This document shows, piece by piece, positions 44,469-54,185 of a stretch of DNA of 64,000 nt. Every line of letters starts with the position of its first letter. Within the stretch, counting starts at the first letter, position 1. Under the pieces are notes generated by a model. That model searched no databases. It saw nothing but the letters and a program-made list of their open reading frames with translations, and was not told the DNA's origin. The DNA comes from an uncultured Desulforapulum sp. GTDB taxonomy: Bacteria; Desulfobacterota; Desulfobacteria; Desulfobacterales; Desulfolunaceae. The position numbers and the translations under genes are program-made. The DNA is taken from assembly GCA_964637565.1 (NCBI GenBank), contig CAZWTY010000011.1, positions 459 through 64,458 of the forward strand. The letters are read 5' to 3'.

Positions 44469-45770
44469 ATGAAGATTATCAGCACCCATAAAGGGACGGA
44501 TTTTGACGCCCTGGCATCGGTCGTGGCGGCATCCCTGATCTATCCGGACGCCGTGACCGTGATGAGCGACAACATGAATCCCAACGTCAAAGCCTTCCTT
44601 TCTCTCCATAAAGAGCTCTTTCATATCACAGCGCCGGGAGATATCAACCTTTCCGATGTAAAAACCCTGATCGCCGTCGACGTCTGTTCTTGGGGACGGA
44701 TTGAGGGACTGGGAAAGCTCAAAGATCGAAAGGATCTTGAGATCATCATCTGGGACCACCATGTGGGCGGGGATATGAACCCGACATGGAAATGCCAGGA
44801 ACCCAAAGGTGCCACCGTCACCCTGATCGCCAGAAAACTGATGGAGAACCGGACGCCGCTTACCCCGATCATCGCCACGCTTCTTCTTATGGGGATATAT
44901 GAAGACACCGGGAACCTGACTTTTTCTTCGACCACGGCGGAGGACGCGGCCACCTGTGCCTTCCTCTTGGAGCGCAAAGCGGATCTGACGGTTTTGAATT
45001 CATTTTTAAGGCCCGCTTATGGTGAAAAGCAGAAAAACATCCTCTTCGACATGATGGGAACCACCCTCAGGCGAAAGATCAGGGGATACAAGCTCGCTTT
45101 CTGCCAGGTCGATCTTGAAGGCCATGTGGGAAATCTTTCCGTGGTGGTCAGCATGTACAGGGACCTGGAAAACGTGGACGGGGCCTTTGGCATATTCCAT
45201 GAAAAGAAGAAAAACCGATGTATCGTCATCGGACGAAGCTCCAATGACGGTCTCGATATTGGAAAGCTGATGCGGAACATCGGGGGCGGGGGACACCCGG
45301 GCGCCGGGTCTGCTTTGATCCAGTCCGAATTTCTCAATCCTGAAGCGGTGATCGAAATGCTTTCCGAACTCATCGAAGGGCATCAGCGTTCATCGGTTCA
45401 ACTGAACGATCTCATGTCCTACCCGGTTCAGACCGTTTCTTCGGACATGACCATGGAGGAGGTGGCCGGGCTTCTCCGAGAAAAAGGATATTCGGGTTTG
45501 CCCGTGGTCGAAAACGGCGCCATGGTCGGTGTGATTTCACGCAGGGATTTCAGAAAGATGAGAAAGGAATCCCATATGAAGTCTCCGGTGAAAGCCTACA
45601 TGAGCACGGACATAATCACCATTGATGCGTCAAGAAGCCCCCTCGAAGCGGTTCGCCTGATGATCAAACACGATATTGGACGTGTCCCTGTAATCAAGGA
45701 AGGGGATATCATCGGAATCCTGACCAGAACCGATGTGATGCGGTATTATTACAATCTTCTCCCCGACTGA
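44469..45770 (+). CDS. DHH/DHHA1 phosphoesterase with C-terminal CBS pair
   Basis: 433 aa. 'THKGTDFDALAS', 'IIWDHH', 'GGGGHPGAGSA' (DHHA1), then two CBS motifs ('LPVVENGAMVGVISRRD', 'VPVIKEGDIIGILTRTD'). Confidence 0.8.
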   Translation: MKIISTHKGTDFDALASVVAASLIYPDAVTVMSDNMNPNVKAFLSLHKELFHITAPGDINLSDVKTLIAVDVCSWGRIEGLGKLKDRKDLEIIIWDHHVGGDMNPTWKCQEPKGATVTLIARKLMENRTPLTPIIATLLLMGIYEDTGNLTFSSTTAEDAATCAFLLERKADLTVLNSFLRPAYGEKQKNILFDMMGTTLRRKIRGYKLAFCQVDLEGHVGNLSVVVSMYRDLENVDGAFGIFHEKKKNRCIVIGRSSNDGLDIGKLMRNIGGGGHPGAGSALIQSEFLNPEAVIEMLSELIEGHQRSSVQLNDLMSYPVQTVSSDMTMEEVAGLLREKGYSGLPVVENGAMVGVISRRDFRKMRKESHMKSPVKAYMSTDIITIDASRSPLEAVRLMIKHDIGRVPVIKEGDIIGILTRTDVMRYYYNLLPD

Positions 45771-45928
45771 TAATATCGTTCAGAGGAACCATCCTTAGAT
45801 ACCAGGCGTTTTAAGCATTTTCTTTGACTTTTGAAATTTTGTATATTAACTGATTAAACGTTGTCATCAAATCCAATGCCTATCACCATGCCAATATTGT
45901 TGCGCCTCAGAACGATGGAGGATTGTTT

Positions 45929-47650
45929 ATGAAATGCCCTGAATGCGGTTTTGAATGTCTTGACGGCGACTTGGAATGCCTTGCATGCGGGGTCCATATC
46001 GGTGCCGCCCTTGAAAACAAGGAAAAAGAACGCATCAGGGCCATTGAGGCCAATGAAAGAAAAGCGCAATATGAGCTTGAGCTGAAAAAGGAGCTGGGTC
46101 TTATACCCGCAGATGATGAAAAAATCACACCTGCTCAAGGGAGCACCCTTGAAGAAACGTTCAAAAAAAAGCCGTCGTGCCCTAAATGCGGGACTGAACG
46201 GAAACCTGATGCGGTGGAATGCATACGCTGCGGGGTCATTTTCGATAAATTGAAATACGGCACAAACAACGTTGCGTCAAAAAGCACTGCGCCTTCTCCT
46301 GGTCAGAAACCTTCGGATGAGTCCGTCGAATCTGTCAAACCAGCCAAGTCCATGCCTGTCTTCGATGCGGATAAAACAGATGAAATCAACCTTGAGACAC
46401 TTGATCAGCTTCTCAAAGAACATCCGGCAGAGCCCCGTGGCGATGAGGCTTCTGGAAGTGGATTAGCTGACAACACCATGCATGTGACGGGGCATGATCC
46501 GAAAGATACGGCCTCTTTTGTCAAACCTGTTCGAAATTCTCAAGAGATGCCTCCAGATGAGGGTGCGGCTGTCCCAAAACCCCCTCGGACACGTGAGTTC
46601 AACATCAGATCTTTCCAGAAAAAAGAGACGACCTGGGATATATACAGAAACAAAATAGTCCAGCGTTCAGAACATGCCATGACCAGGATCAGGGCATTGT
46701 GGAACTGGTTTGAAAATACATGCGGAAGCAGGAACAAAGCCCTTGTCAGCACCGGTATCATGCTCCTGGTCTTTGTGATTCTTTCTTTTTCACCAGCTAT
46801 ATACCACTGGAGCTCGTCTGTTTATCAAGGGTTTCAGGAGAAGGCGGAGTTGAAGCGGCAGAAAAACATCGCCAGTGAGTTTTTAAAAAATAAAGACGGA
46901 ATCACAAAAAACATCAAACAGAATCTTGAAGCGGGGAATTTCGTGGAAGCTGAAAAGATTCTGGCCTTTTACGATGTTCCTCCCTTGAAAAAGGAATTGG
47001 TTTCACTTAAAAATTTTTATGAAGAAAAACAGATTTATAGGTCACTTGGTCAGATCCCCCGTGGGCAGTTCGAAAGTCTCTTCAAAGCGTATTCCAGGCT
47101 GGCAGAGCTGAATCCTCAAAATGAATCGTACAAAGAAGGGCTCGGTAAAGCTCGGCTGGAATATGCGGAAAGCCTTTACACCAAGGCTTCGGGCTACCAC
47201 AACGCAGGCAAAAAAGATCCCGAAAAACTGGATCAGGGCATCCGCCTGATTAAAAAAGCGGTCGAGGTTATTCCTGGAGCCAGCAAATATCAAGCCCTGA
47301 AAGTCCGCATGATAAATGAGAAACTGCTTTTTTATGACGGCAACGATAAAATTGCCATGGCTGTCCGTGACGACGGCATGGGCCAAAGACTTTTCAGCGG
47401 CCAGAGAAAAATCAGCGTCTGGGTCCTTAACAGAAGCCAGGAACGGATCTTTATCAATGTTCAATATTTTACCATGCTTGGGAAAAATGGCTTGAAATAC
47501 ACGTACAACGATACTGGGAGCAAGCTCAGTGGAAAGCTGGAACCCGGTGAGCAGACATTCGGGGAACTGTATTTCAGAACCGGAACGAGTCCTGCGAAAA
47601 TTACGTTCCATCATTTGGTATGCGGTACGATATTCCGTGAATTTCCCTGA
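45929..47650 (+). CDS. Hypothetical membrane protein with two N-terminal zinc ribbons
   Basis: GGAGG RBS plus the ATG at 45929. 'CPECGFEC..CLACG' and 'CPKCGTE...CIRCG', one TM 'ALVSTGIMLLVFVILSF', and a long helical/TPR-like periplasmic part. Confidence 0.6.
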   Translation: MKCPECGFECLDGDLECLACGVHIGAALENKEKERIRAIEANERKAQYELELKKELGLIPADDEKITPAQGSTLEETFKKKPSCPKCGTERKPDAVECIRCGVIFDKLKYGTNNVASKSTAPSPGQKPSDESVESVKPAKSMPVFDADKTDEINLETLDQLLKEHPAEPRGDEASGSGLADNTMHVTGHDPKDTASFVKPVRNSQEMPPDEGAAVPKPPRTREFNIRSFQKKETTWDIYRNKIVQRSEHAMTRIRALWNWFENTCGSRNKALVSTGIMLLVFVILSFSPAIYHWSSSVYQGFQEKAELKRQKNIASEFLKNKDGITKNIKQNLEAGNFVEAEKILAFYDVPPLKKELVSLKNFYEEKQIYRSLGQIPRGQFESLFKAYSRLAELNPQNESYKEGLGKARLEYAESLYTKASGYHNAGKKDPEKLDQGIRLIKKAVEVIPGASKYQALKVRMINEKLLFYDGNDKIAMAVRDDGMGQRLFSGQRKISVWVLNRSQERIFINVQYFTMLGKNGLKYTYNDTGSKLSGKLEPGEQTFGELYFRTGTSPAKITFHHLVCGTIFREFP

Positions 47651-47661
47651 TAGAGGCAGAG

Positions 47662-47919
47662 CTAACGCGGGATCTTTGACAGTATGTCAAGGGCACGGTC
47701 ATATTCATTGGGATACAGGTCCAAGGGAACCTTGGTCAAACCACATGACGAATAGACCATATAGATAGCGCATGCCTCCTTGCAAGAGTGGCAATACCTT
47801 TCCTTGAACCGGTGGGCAATGGATTCGATTCTCATTTCATGGATAAAAAAACTGCAACGATCCAGCAGTTCGCAGGTGGAAAGGACGGTCATATCAACCC
47901 CCGAATTGTCATGTTCCAA
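47662..47919 (-). CDS. Small Cys-rich hypothetical protein (76-85 aa)
   Basis: ORF-track ORF with seven Cys, including 'CELLDRC' and 'CHSCKEAC'. The start is uncertain (47919 or 47892). I recognise no family. Confidence 0.4.
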   Translation of the reverse strand: MEHDNSGVDMTVLSTCELLDRCSFFIHEMRIESIAHRFKERYCHSCKEACAIYMVYSSCGLTKVPLDLYPNEYDRALDILSKIPR

Positions 47920-48061
47920 ACGATCGTGATGAGATGATCGTCCGGGATTGGAAAAAAAGCCCGTATCAGGAAATTCTGGTGGATTCTATCGTGTTATAAA
48001 TTTCAATGCCATCTTTTTTTACCGGTATGATAAGTGGATAAAAAAGTACGACAGGAGAATC

Positions 48062-49000
48062 ATGGACGTTTCAACTTATCTCAAAAAATCAAAGAATACG
48101 TTAATCTATCTTGGGATCGTGGCCCTGATTGCCTTCCTGAGATTCCTTTCAAGAAAGAACGCCATCGCTTTCATGCGTTCCGTGGGTTCTCTCGCATTTA
48201 TTCTTGCTAAACACGAACGAAAAAATACGATCAAGCATCTGACCATGGCCTTTGGAAAAGAAAAAACGAATGACCAGATCGAACAGCTGGCGAAAAGGGT
48301 ATTTCTGAATCTTTCCGTCTGCGTCGCAGATGCGATCAGGCTTCCGGTCATGGTCAAGGACGGATTCATAGACGAGCTTGTGACCGCAGAAGGTTTTCAT
48401 CATTTTGCAAACGCTGCGGACAGAAAAAAAGGGTTGATCGCCATGACAGGCCACTTCGGGAACTGGGAACTTCTTGGGACCTGGATTGTGAGACATGGTT
48501 ACCCCATCAAGGTTGTGGCAAAAAAATCTTATGACCCAAGACTTGACAAACTGATTGTCGATTACAGAAACCAGGCTGGATATGCAAACACCGCAAGAGG
48601 CAGCGCAACCCGTTCTGTAGTGGATGGGCTTATGCATGGAGAAACCTTCGGGCTTCTGTTTGATCTGGATACCAAGGTAAAGGGTGTTTTTGTCGATTTT
48701 TTCGGGAAGCCGGCCCACACGGCAACCATTCCCGTCATTCTCGCTACGAAAATGAACGTTCCCATTGTCCCCATATTTATCAGGCTGACCCCTGACTTTA
48801 AATATGTGATCATGTGTCGCGAAGAACTCAAACTTGTGAATACGGGAAACGAGGAACAGGATGTGATCACCAACACCCAGATCTGTTCAAACGTTTACGA
48901 GGACATGATCAGAAAATACCCTGAACAGTGGATTTGGATGCACAGGAGATGGAAAAAGAAACCAGGGGACATCCTGCCTGGCGAGAAACCTGCCAAGTGA
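48062..49000 (+). CDS. Lipid A biosynthesis (LpxL/HtrB-family) lysophospholipid acyltransferase
   Basis: N-terminal TM, 'MTGHFGNWELLG' (the HX4D/E-type motif region), and a family-typical length. Starts at the ATG at 48062. Confidence 0.75.
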   Translation: MDVSTYLKKSKNTLIYLGIVALIAFLRFLSRKNAIAFMRSVGSLAFILAKHERKNTIKHLTMAFGKEKTNDQIEQLAKRVFLNLSVCVADAIRLPVMVKDGFIDELVTAEGFHHFANAADRKKGLIAMTGHFGNWELLGTWIVRHGYPIKVVAKKSYDPRLDKLIVDYRNQAGYANTARGSATRSVVDGLMHGETFGLLFDLDTKVKGVFVDFFGKPAHTATIPVILATKMNVPIVPIFIRLTPDFKYVIMCREELKLVNTGNEEQDVITNTQICSNVYEDMIRKYPEQWIWMHRRWKKKPGDILPGEKPAK

Positions 49001-49310
49001 CCTGCTTCACTGACATGTGTTTTCAGATGGATTAAGATGCATCAAAAAGATGGGGACACGTACAGTCATGGAAATTGGGGATGACGGTGCGAAATTTTCG
49101 CGAAACCATAAAACCATTGACATTATTAGCTTTGGTATTGGATTAACGTGTTTATTGTGTTAAATTGGACACCGACAATATAGATTTAACATACGTCGGT
49201 TGGCTCCGTTCATCGTTTGAATGTAATTGTTTTGAAATTATTAAGTAAATTAATTCTTCAACGTATTGTGTGTGAATGAGCTAAAAGGCTATTTCTGGGG
49301 GGGATAGAAC

Positions 49311-51023
49311 ATGCCGGTAAATTATCGTTCTGTTTTTTGTCTTGTCTTGACGCTGGCTTTTTTACCATTGTTTTCAACAAACAGCCAGTCCGATGATTAT
49401 CAGGATTATCTGAAAGCCCAGGCCGAGGATTTCCAGTCATACAAAGATGAGCGTGACGCGGAATTCATAGGGTTTCTCAAGGACCAATGGAAGGAATACA
49501 ATATTCACAAAGGGCTGACCCCCGATACCAACCCAAAACCTGTGAAACTTCCTGTAGCCGAACCCAAAGCCGCCCCGGTTTTACCCAAAAAACTCAAAAA
49601 AGTTAAAAAAGTCGATATCCCGAAAAAGAAACCGGTTGATTTTCCCGTGGAAGTCCCTGCTGAAAAGCCCGTGGTCGATCTTGCAGAGAAGCCACCGGTC
49701 AAGGTCGAATCCCTTAAAGATCTTCCCGTTGTCAAACCTCAGGAAAAACCCTATGTAAAACCCTTTGAACGTGTGGTTGAAACACCCGTTGAAAAAAAGA
49801 CGCCGGAACCGGCACCCCAGATCGCTAAACCTGAGCCAGAAATTTACACACGGCCTGAAGAGAAACCCGTTGACAGCGAACCGGTCAAAAAAGTTTCAAA
49901 ACCCGCCCCCGTCAAAGAAGATACACGTAAAATAGCCATAAAAACAGATTTTTACATGACACCCGTGGTGATCTATGGCACGTACAACTTTCCAGTCATG
50001 AACGGGAGAGCGGTGAACAAGGAAATGATCGCCTCGTTCTGGGACAAAATGAGCCAGCTTGACTATGATTCAATCATTGCTCAGTCCCAGAAATACAGGA
50101 TTGATTTGAAACTCAATGACTGGGGGTATCATTATATTCTGTATCGGCTTGGTCTTGAACAGTACAAGGGAGACAAGAACATGGCCAATCTGTTCACTTG
50201 GTACATGTCGTCCAAGTCAGGTTATGAATCCAGAATTGGTTACAACGACACCCAGGTTTTTCTTCTCATGCCATCAAAGAACAACCTGTACAGCATTCCC
50301 TTTCTGACCTTGAACAACAAAAAATACTATTCACTGTTTTACGATGACAAACCTTCTTCATTTAAAAGTCTTTTCACCTACCAGGGAAGTTATCCTGATG
50401 CAAGGAAGTCCATGGATTTCGAACTGTCTTCATCACCGGACATTCCCAAAGTGATGAAACAGAGAAACCTTGCCTTTGAAGTGAACAAGCAAGGCGTTGA
50501 GTTCAGTGCTGTTTACAACAAGAATATCGTTGATTTTTTCAAGTATTACCCACAGACCAACATGAAGGTGTATTTCGAGTCTTTTATGTCCCCGGAATTG
50601 GAATACGCACTTCTGACTGCTCTGAAACCCATGGTTGAAGGAAAAACGGAAGCTGAAGCTGTAAACAACCTTTTGAGTTTTGTTCAAAAAGCTTTCAGTT
50701 ATAAAACGGACGATGGTCAGTTTGGACATGAAAAATACATGCTTCCTGAAGAGACCGTTTTTTATCCCTACTCGGACTGCGAGGACCGATCTTTTTTCTT
50801 TGCCTATCTTGTGCGAAAACTGGTAGGGCTTGAAGTGGTCGGGCTTGACTACCCCGGTCATGTCGCGACAGGTGTTCGTTTCAACGACAATCTTCCGGGG
50901 GATTACGTGGTAAACAACAATGTGAAATACATGGTGTGTGACCCCACATATATCAACGCCACGCTGGGCATGGCCATGCCCCAGTACAAGAAAACAAAGC
51001 CGGAAGTGGTAAAAATCAGGTAG
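49311..51023 (+). CDS. Secreted protein with Pro/Lys-rich spacer and C-terminal transglutaminase-like Cys-His-Asp core
   Basis: 570 aa. Signal peptide, about 130 aa of 'KPV/PEP/KKV' low complexity, and a C-terminal 'SDCEDRSFFFAYLVR...YPGHVATGV...VCDPT'. Confidence 0.6.
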   Translation: MPVNYRSVFCLVLTLAFLPLFSTNSQSDDYQDYLKAQAEDFQSYKDERDAEFIGFLKDQWKEYNIHKGLTPDTNPKPVKLPVAEPKAAPVLPKKLKKVKKVDIPKKKPVDFPVEVPAEKPVVDLAEKPPVKVESLKDLPVVKPQEKPYVKPFERVVETPVEKKTPEPAPQIAKPEPEIYTRPEEKPVDSEPVKKVSKPAPVKEDTRKIAIKTDFYMTPVVIYGTYNFPVMNGRAVNKEMIASFWDKMSQLDYDSIIAQSQKYRIDLKLNDWGYHYILYRLGLEQYKGDKNMANLFTWYMSSKSGYESRIGYNDTQVFLLMPSKNNLYSIPFLTLNNKKYYSLFYDDKPSSFKSLFTYQGSYPDARKSMDFELSSSPDIPKVMKQRNLAFEVNKQGVEFSAVYNKNIVDFFKYYPQTNMKVYFESFMSPELEYALLTALKPMVEGKTEAEAVNNLLSFVQKAFSYKTDDGQFGHEKYMLPEETVFYPYSDCEDRSFFFAYLVRKLVGLEVVGLDYPGHVATGVRFNDNLPGDYVVNNNVKYMVCDPTYINATLGMAMPQYKKTKPEVVKIR

Positions 51024-51040
51024 AAAACAAGGCTGTATAC

Positions 51041-51071
51041 GCTTTAGAATATTATTCAAGTATTCTAAAGC
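51041..51071. promoter_or_regulatory. Perfect 11-bp inverted repeat GCTTTAGAATA-N9-TATTCTAAAGC (hairpin or operator)
   Basis: Read directly from the sequence. Starts 18 nt after the upstream stop and lies about 90 nt before the LPP20-like gene. No U-tract follows. Confidence 0.5.
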
Positions 51072-51103
51072 ACAAGATAAAATGAAGCGCGTGTTGTGAG
51101 AGT

Positions 51104-51133
51104 TTGAACTGCAAAGTAGACTTTGCATATTAT
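51104..51133 (+). promoter_or_regulatory. Putative sigma70 promoter of the LPP20-like operon, with an embedded 7-bp inverted repeat
   Basis: TTGAAC, 18-nt spacer, TATTAT. The spacer contains TGCAAAG-taga-CTTTGCA (51110-51127). Confidence 0.4.
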
Positions 51134-51161
51134 TAATCAAAATGAAGGAGAAAAAACGGGT

Positions 51162-51749
51162 ATGAAAAAAATTATAGTGATCATGGCTGTCCTTGCTGTT
51201 GCATGTGTTGCTTTTACAGGTTGCCAAAAAACCGGCAAAGTTTCTTCCAATCTTCCTGAATGGGTTCTTGTTCCTCCTGAAGGCGGGATTTCCGGTGTGG
51301 GTTCAGCTAAGGTAGGTCCTGCCGGTATGCAGACTGCAAGAATCGAGGCCGCTGCAAACGCACGTGATGAAATTTCCCGCACTCTCAATGTCAGAGTGAA
51401 AAACATGATCAAAAATTTCACGGAAACAACGGGTGTTGGCGATGCTCAGACCGTGGACAAAGTTTTCACCAACGTATCGAAACAAGTCTCAAAAGTTGAC
51501 CTTTCAGGTTCTCAGATCAAAAAGGTGTTTCTTGATGAGAAAAACAATGAACTGCATGTTCTTGTTGCCGTTAACCCGGAAGTTGTCACCCAGGTGACCG
51601 ATGCCATGAAACAGGCCGCCATTACAAGCATGAGAAATGAACAGGCTCTCTGGCAGAAATTTCAGGCCAAAAAAGGTCACGAAGAACTGGAAAAGGAAAT
51701 TGAAAAAGAGTTTGGCGAAGCCAAAGCCACCATGTCAGATGATGAATGA
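51162..51749 (+). CDS. LPP20/FlgP-like lipoprotein
   Basis: Lipobox 'VAFTGC'. 'WVLVPPEGGISGVGSAKVGPAGMQTARIEAAANARDEISRTL' is an LPP20-type pattern. 195 aa. Confidence 0.7.
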   Translation: MKKIIVIMAVLAVACVAFTGCQKTGKVSSNLPEWVLVPPEGGISGVGSAKVGPAGMQTARIEAAANARDEISRTLNVRVKNMIKNFTETTGVGDAQTVDKVFTNVSKQVSKVDLSGSQIKKVFLDEKNNELHVLVAVNPEVVTQVTDAMKQAAITSMRNEQALWQKFQAKKGHEELEKEIEKEFGEAKATMSDDE

Positions 51750-51800
51750 TCATCTGAATTATCAAGCCTGACCAAACGATTCGCTACCATCAAAACATAC

Positions 51801-51836
51801 CAGGGTGGTGTACGCCACCCTGAATGTTTTTTTTTA
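51801..51836 (+). terminator. Intrinsic terminator/attenuator
   Basis: CAGGGTGG-tgtacg-CCACCCTG (perfect 8 bp) followed by aatg and T9. It lies between two co-oriented lipoprotein genes. Confidence 0.75.
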
Positions 51837-51852
51837 TTCGGGGGAGGACTGT

Positions 51853-52245
51853 GTGAATCATAGTAAATTGGTGATTTTTATTTCGACATGCCTTTTTTTA
51901 TTTGCTTGTACATCTGCCAAGCCTGTAATCAAACCATCATGGATTCATAACTCCAGTGTTTCTGGGAAAGTCGCAGGGATAGGCATTTGTGGAATGCATG
52001 TCAACGGGGTCAATGCCCAACGCTCTCTTGCCATTAAGCGGGCTATTGATGAAATCGCTCTCCAGCTTGGAGTCAAGGTCAACAACGTCGCCCTTGTTGG
52101 AACGAAATCCGGCGCAGGTGGTGGGAGTTCTGTTGAAAGTTACAGCTTTCAGACGGTTGAAGGGAGCGTGGTCAAGGCGGTTATCAAAGAAACCTGGAAA
52201 GATCCAAAAACCGAAGAGATATACGTCTGGATGGTGACGGAATGA
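51853..52245 (+). CDS. Small LPP20/FlgP-like lipoprotein
   Basis: GTG start after GGGGAGG. Lipobox 'LFLFAC'. 'VAGIGICGMHVNGVNAQRSLAIKRAIDEIALQLGVKV'. 130 aa. Confidence 0.6.
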   Translation: MNHSKLVIFISTCLFLFACTSAKPVIKPSWIHNSSVSGKVAGIGICGMHVNGVNAQRSLAIKRAIDEIALQLGVKVNNVALVGTKSGAGGGSSVESYSFQTVEGSVVKAVIKETWKDPKTEEIYVWMVTE

Positions 52246-52874
52246 TTCGTTACATATTTCTTCTTGTTCTGTCGATTATTTCATTTTCTGGCTGCATACT
52301 GCTTGAACGCTCCGTCAATGTCACTGTCGGGAAGTCTGATGTTGCCTATATCCATGGAACATATGCCATCATGCCTTTCCAGGATAAAAGGGAATCTGTA
52401 TCAAGAGATCTGGGATACAGCGCTGTTGACGCTATGACAGACGCTTTTGAAACTGAATTTATCGGAGCTGGTTTCAAGGTTGTCGATCGAAGGAATATCC
52501 AAAGTGCGTTGGATGAGCTTAAGTTCTCATATCAGGGAGACGTTGACCCGGATCAGAGAAAACAGATCGGTAAACTGACGAATTCGGATGTCATGGTCAT
52601 AGGGAAATTGAGAACATTTCACAATGCGTTATTTCAAAATTCCGCAAAGCCAGATAAACCGTCTAAATGCACATCCATCAGTTTTTCCGTGAAAGCGATC
52701 AATATTGAAACCGGAGAGATTGTCTGGACCGGTTCTTTGACAAAATCAACTGGTTACAAGGATGATTTCATATACGGATGCAACTGCGATGTTCTCAAAT
52801 ATTCGAACAGGGCCGCAGCCGATTTTATAAAAACCATTGTCAAAAAAATGCATATTCCACAAAACAACAACTGA
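52242..52874 (+). CDS. CsgG/FlgO/LpoB-fold-like lipoprotein
   Basis: Lipobox 'ISFSGC'. 'FIGAGFKVVDRRNIQSALDELKFSYQGDVDP...SDVMVIGKL...AINIETGEIVWTG'. ATGA overlap with the preceding gene. Confidence 0.55.
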   Translation: MIRYIFLLVLSIISFSGCILLERSVNVTVGKSDVAYIHGTYAIMPFQDKRESVSRDLGYSAVDAMTDAFETEFIGAGFKVVDRRNIQSALDELKFSYQGDVDPDQRKQIGKLTNSDVMVIGKLRTFHNALFQNSAKPDKPSKCTSISFSVKAINIETGEIVWTGSLTKSTGYKDDFIYGCNCDVLKYSNRAAADFIKTIVKKMHIPQNNN

Positions 52875-52904
52875 ATTAGCGCTTTATCCTGTTTGATGTA
52901 AACA

Positions 52905-52935
52905 AAAAGCCTTCTTTCATCAAGAAGGCTTTTTT
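52905..52935. terminator. Bidirectional intrinsic terminator between convergent lipoprotein operons
   Basis: AAAAGCCTTCTT-tcatc-AAGAAGGCTTTT, a perfect 12-bp stem with T-runs on both strands. Confidence 0.8.
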
Positions 52936-52968
52936 AATGTGATAAATTGTGAACTTTCAATGATGATG

Positions 52969-54126
52969 TTAATTGAAATACTGGATCAGTTTTTCAGAAA
53001 CTTTTTCAGAAACTTTTTTGATCGAAACATGGGAAGCTTCTTCATGATTCAATCCGGCGCCACGATCGTTTTCTGCCACCTGGCCCACCTGAGTTCCTGA
53101 AAGAGCGTCGATGATATTGAGAGACACGGTGGCTCTGGCGAATTTAAATCTTGGGTTGTTGTTTTTCACTTCATCAATTTTGACAGAACCCTGGATTGAG
53201 ACGTCCGCGTTTGATTCAAAATCTCCGATTTTAAAACCGTTGTCCGTCAATATCTCAGCGACTTTATCTCGTACCGATTTTCCGTTTGGTCCTGCAACGT
53301 CAATGTCGATAAGCATAGAAGATTTGAGATCCCAAACATTTTGAAGGATGTCTTTCATGTCATTTCGGTCAAATTCCGAAGCGAAACCGATGATTCTCAA
53401 CCGGCTGAGGGTCGCTTCTCTGCTCACCCACAGCTCAAGCACTTTTTTCAGGGGAAGAAGTTTTTGTATTTTACTTTTTGATTTATTGGACTTGTCGATG
53501 AGGATATCGATTTCCGTATCGACTTTCCGTATATCTCTTTCCCACTTCTCTTTGGCTTTTATTTTGTCAAGGGCCACCATGGTCACGTATTCGCTGCGTT
53601 CTCTTTGAGTTTCTCCAATTTGAAGTCCCTCCAGCTCAATTTCCGAAACAACCTGAACACGGGATTGAAGTGAACGGGTATAAGAGCTTCCTTTGACGGA
53701 ATCTGAAACCTGCTTGACCTTTGAAGTCACATCGCTTGAAATTTTTGCCTTGAAAATATTGGATAGTTCGGCCTTGGCCTGGTTGATGGATTCCGGTTTG
53801 GATGACCCATAACCTTTGGCTGTCAGGTAGCGGGAGGAGCTGAAATCAATTTTTTCTTCCACTACCGGAGGCACGGACGAAGGAGATGGCGTTTCAACAA
53901 TCTTTTTTGGGGGGCTGACTTTGACAGGGGCAGGGGGAGGTTCGATTTCTTCAGTCTGTTCCACTGCTGACTGTTCGACAGGTTTGTCATCCAGTTCGTC
54001 AAATGCGATTCGTGCTCTTTCATGCTGACTTTTTACAGATCTGGTTTCTTTTTTAGCAGGGGGAGCTGACACACAGGCCAGAAATGAAACAAGAAGTATT
54101 AAGAGAATGAACGATTGTTTTTTCAT
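52969..54126 (-). CDS. Large lipoprotein: Pro/Glu-rich linker, LPP20-like domain and C-terminal CsgG/LpoB-like module
   Basis: Starts at the ATG at 54126 ('MKKQSFILLILLVSFLAC'). 'YLTAKGYGSSKPESINQAKAELSNIFKAKI' is LPP20-like, and the C-terminus carries 'VAEILTDNGFKIG...ADVSIQGSVKI'. Confidence 0.55.
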   Translation of the reverse strand: MKKQSFILLILLVSFLACVSAPPAKKETRSVKSQHERARIAFDELDDKPVEQSAVEQTEEIEPPPAPVKVSPPKKIVETPSPSSVPPVVEEKIDFSSSRYLTAKGYGSSKPESINQAKAELSNIFKAKISSDVTSKVKQVSDSVKGSSYTRSLQSRVQVVSEIELEGLQIGETQRERSEYVTMVALDKIKAKEKWERDIRKVDTEIDILIDKSNKSKSKIQKLLPLKKVLELWVSREATLSRLRIIGFASEFDRNDMKDILQNVWDLKSSMLIDIDVAGPNGKSVRDKVAEILTDNGFKIGDFESNADVSIQGSVKIDEVKNNNPRFKFARATVSLNIIDALSGTQVGQVAENDRGAGLNHEEASHVSIKKVSEKVSEKLIQYFN

Positions 54127-54185
54127 ACACTGGGCTCCAGGAACTACAGTCAAATGTTTGTTAAAAGTCAATATCGATAAAAAAA

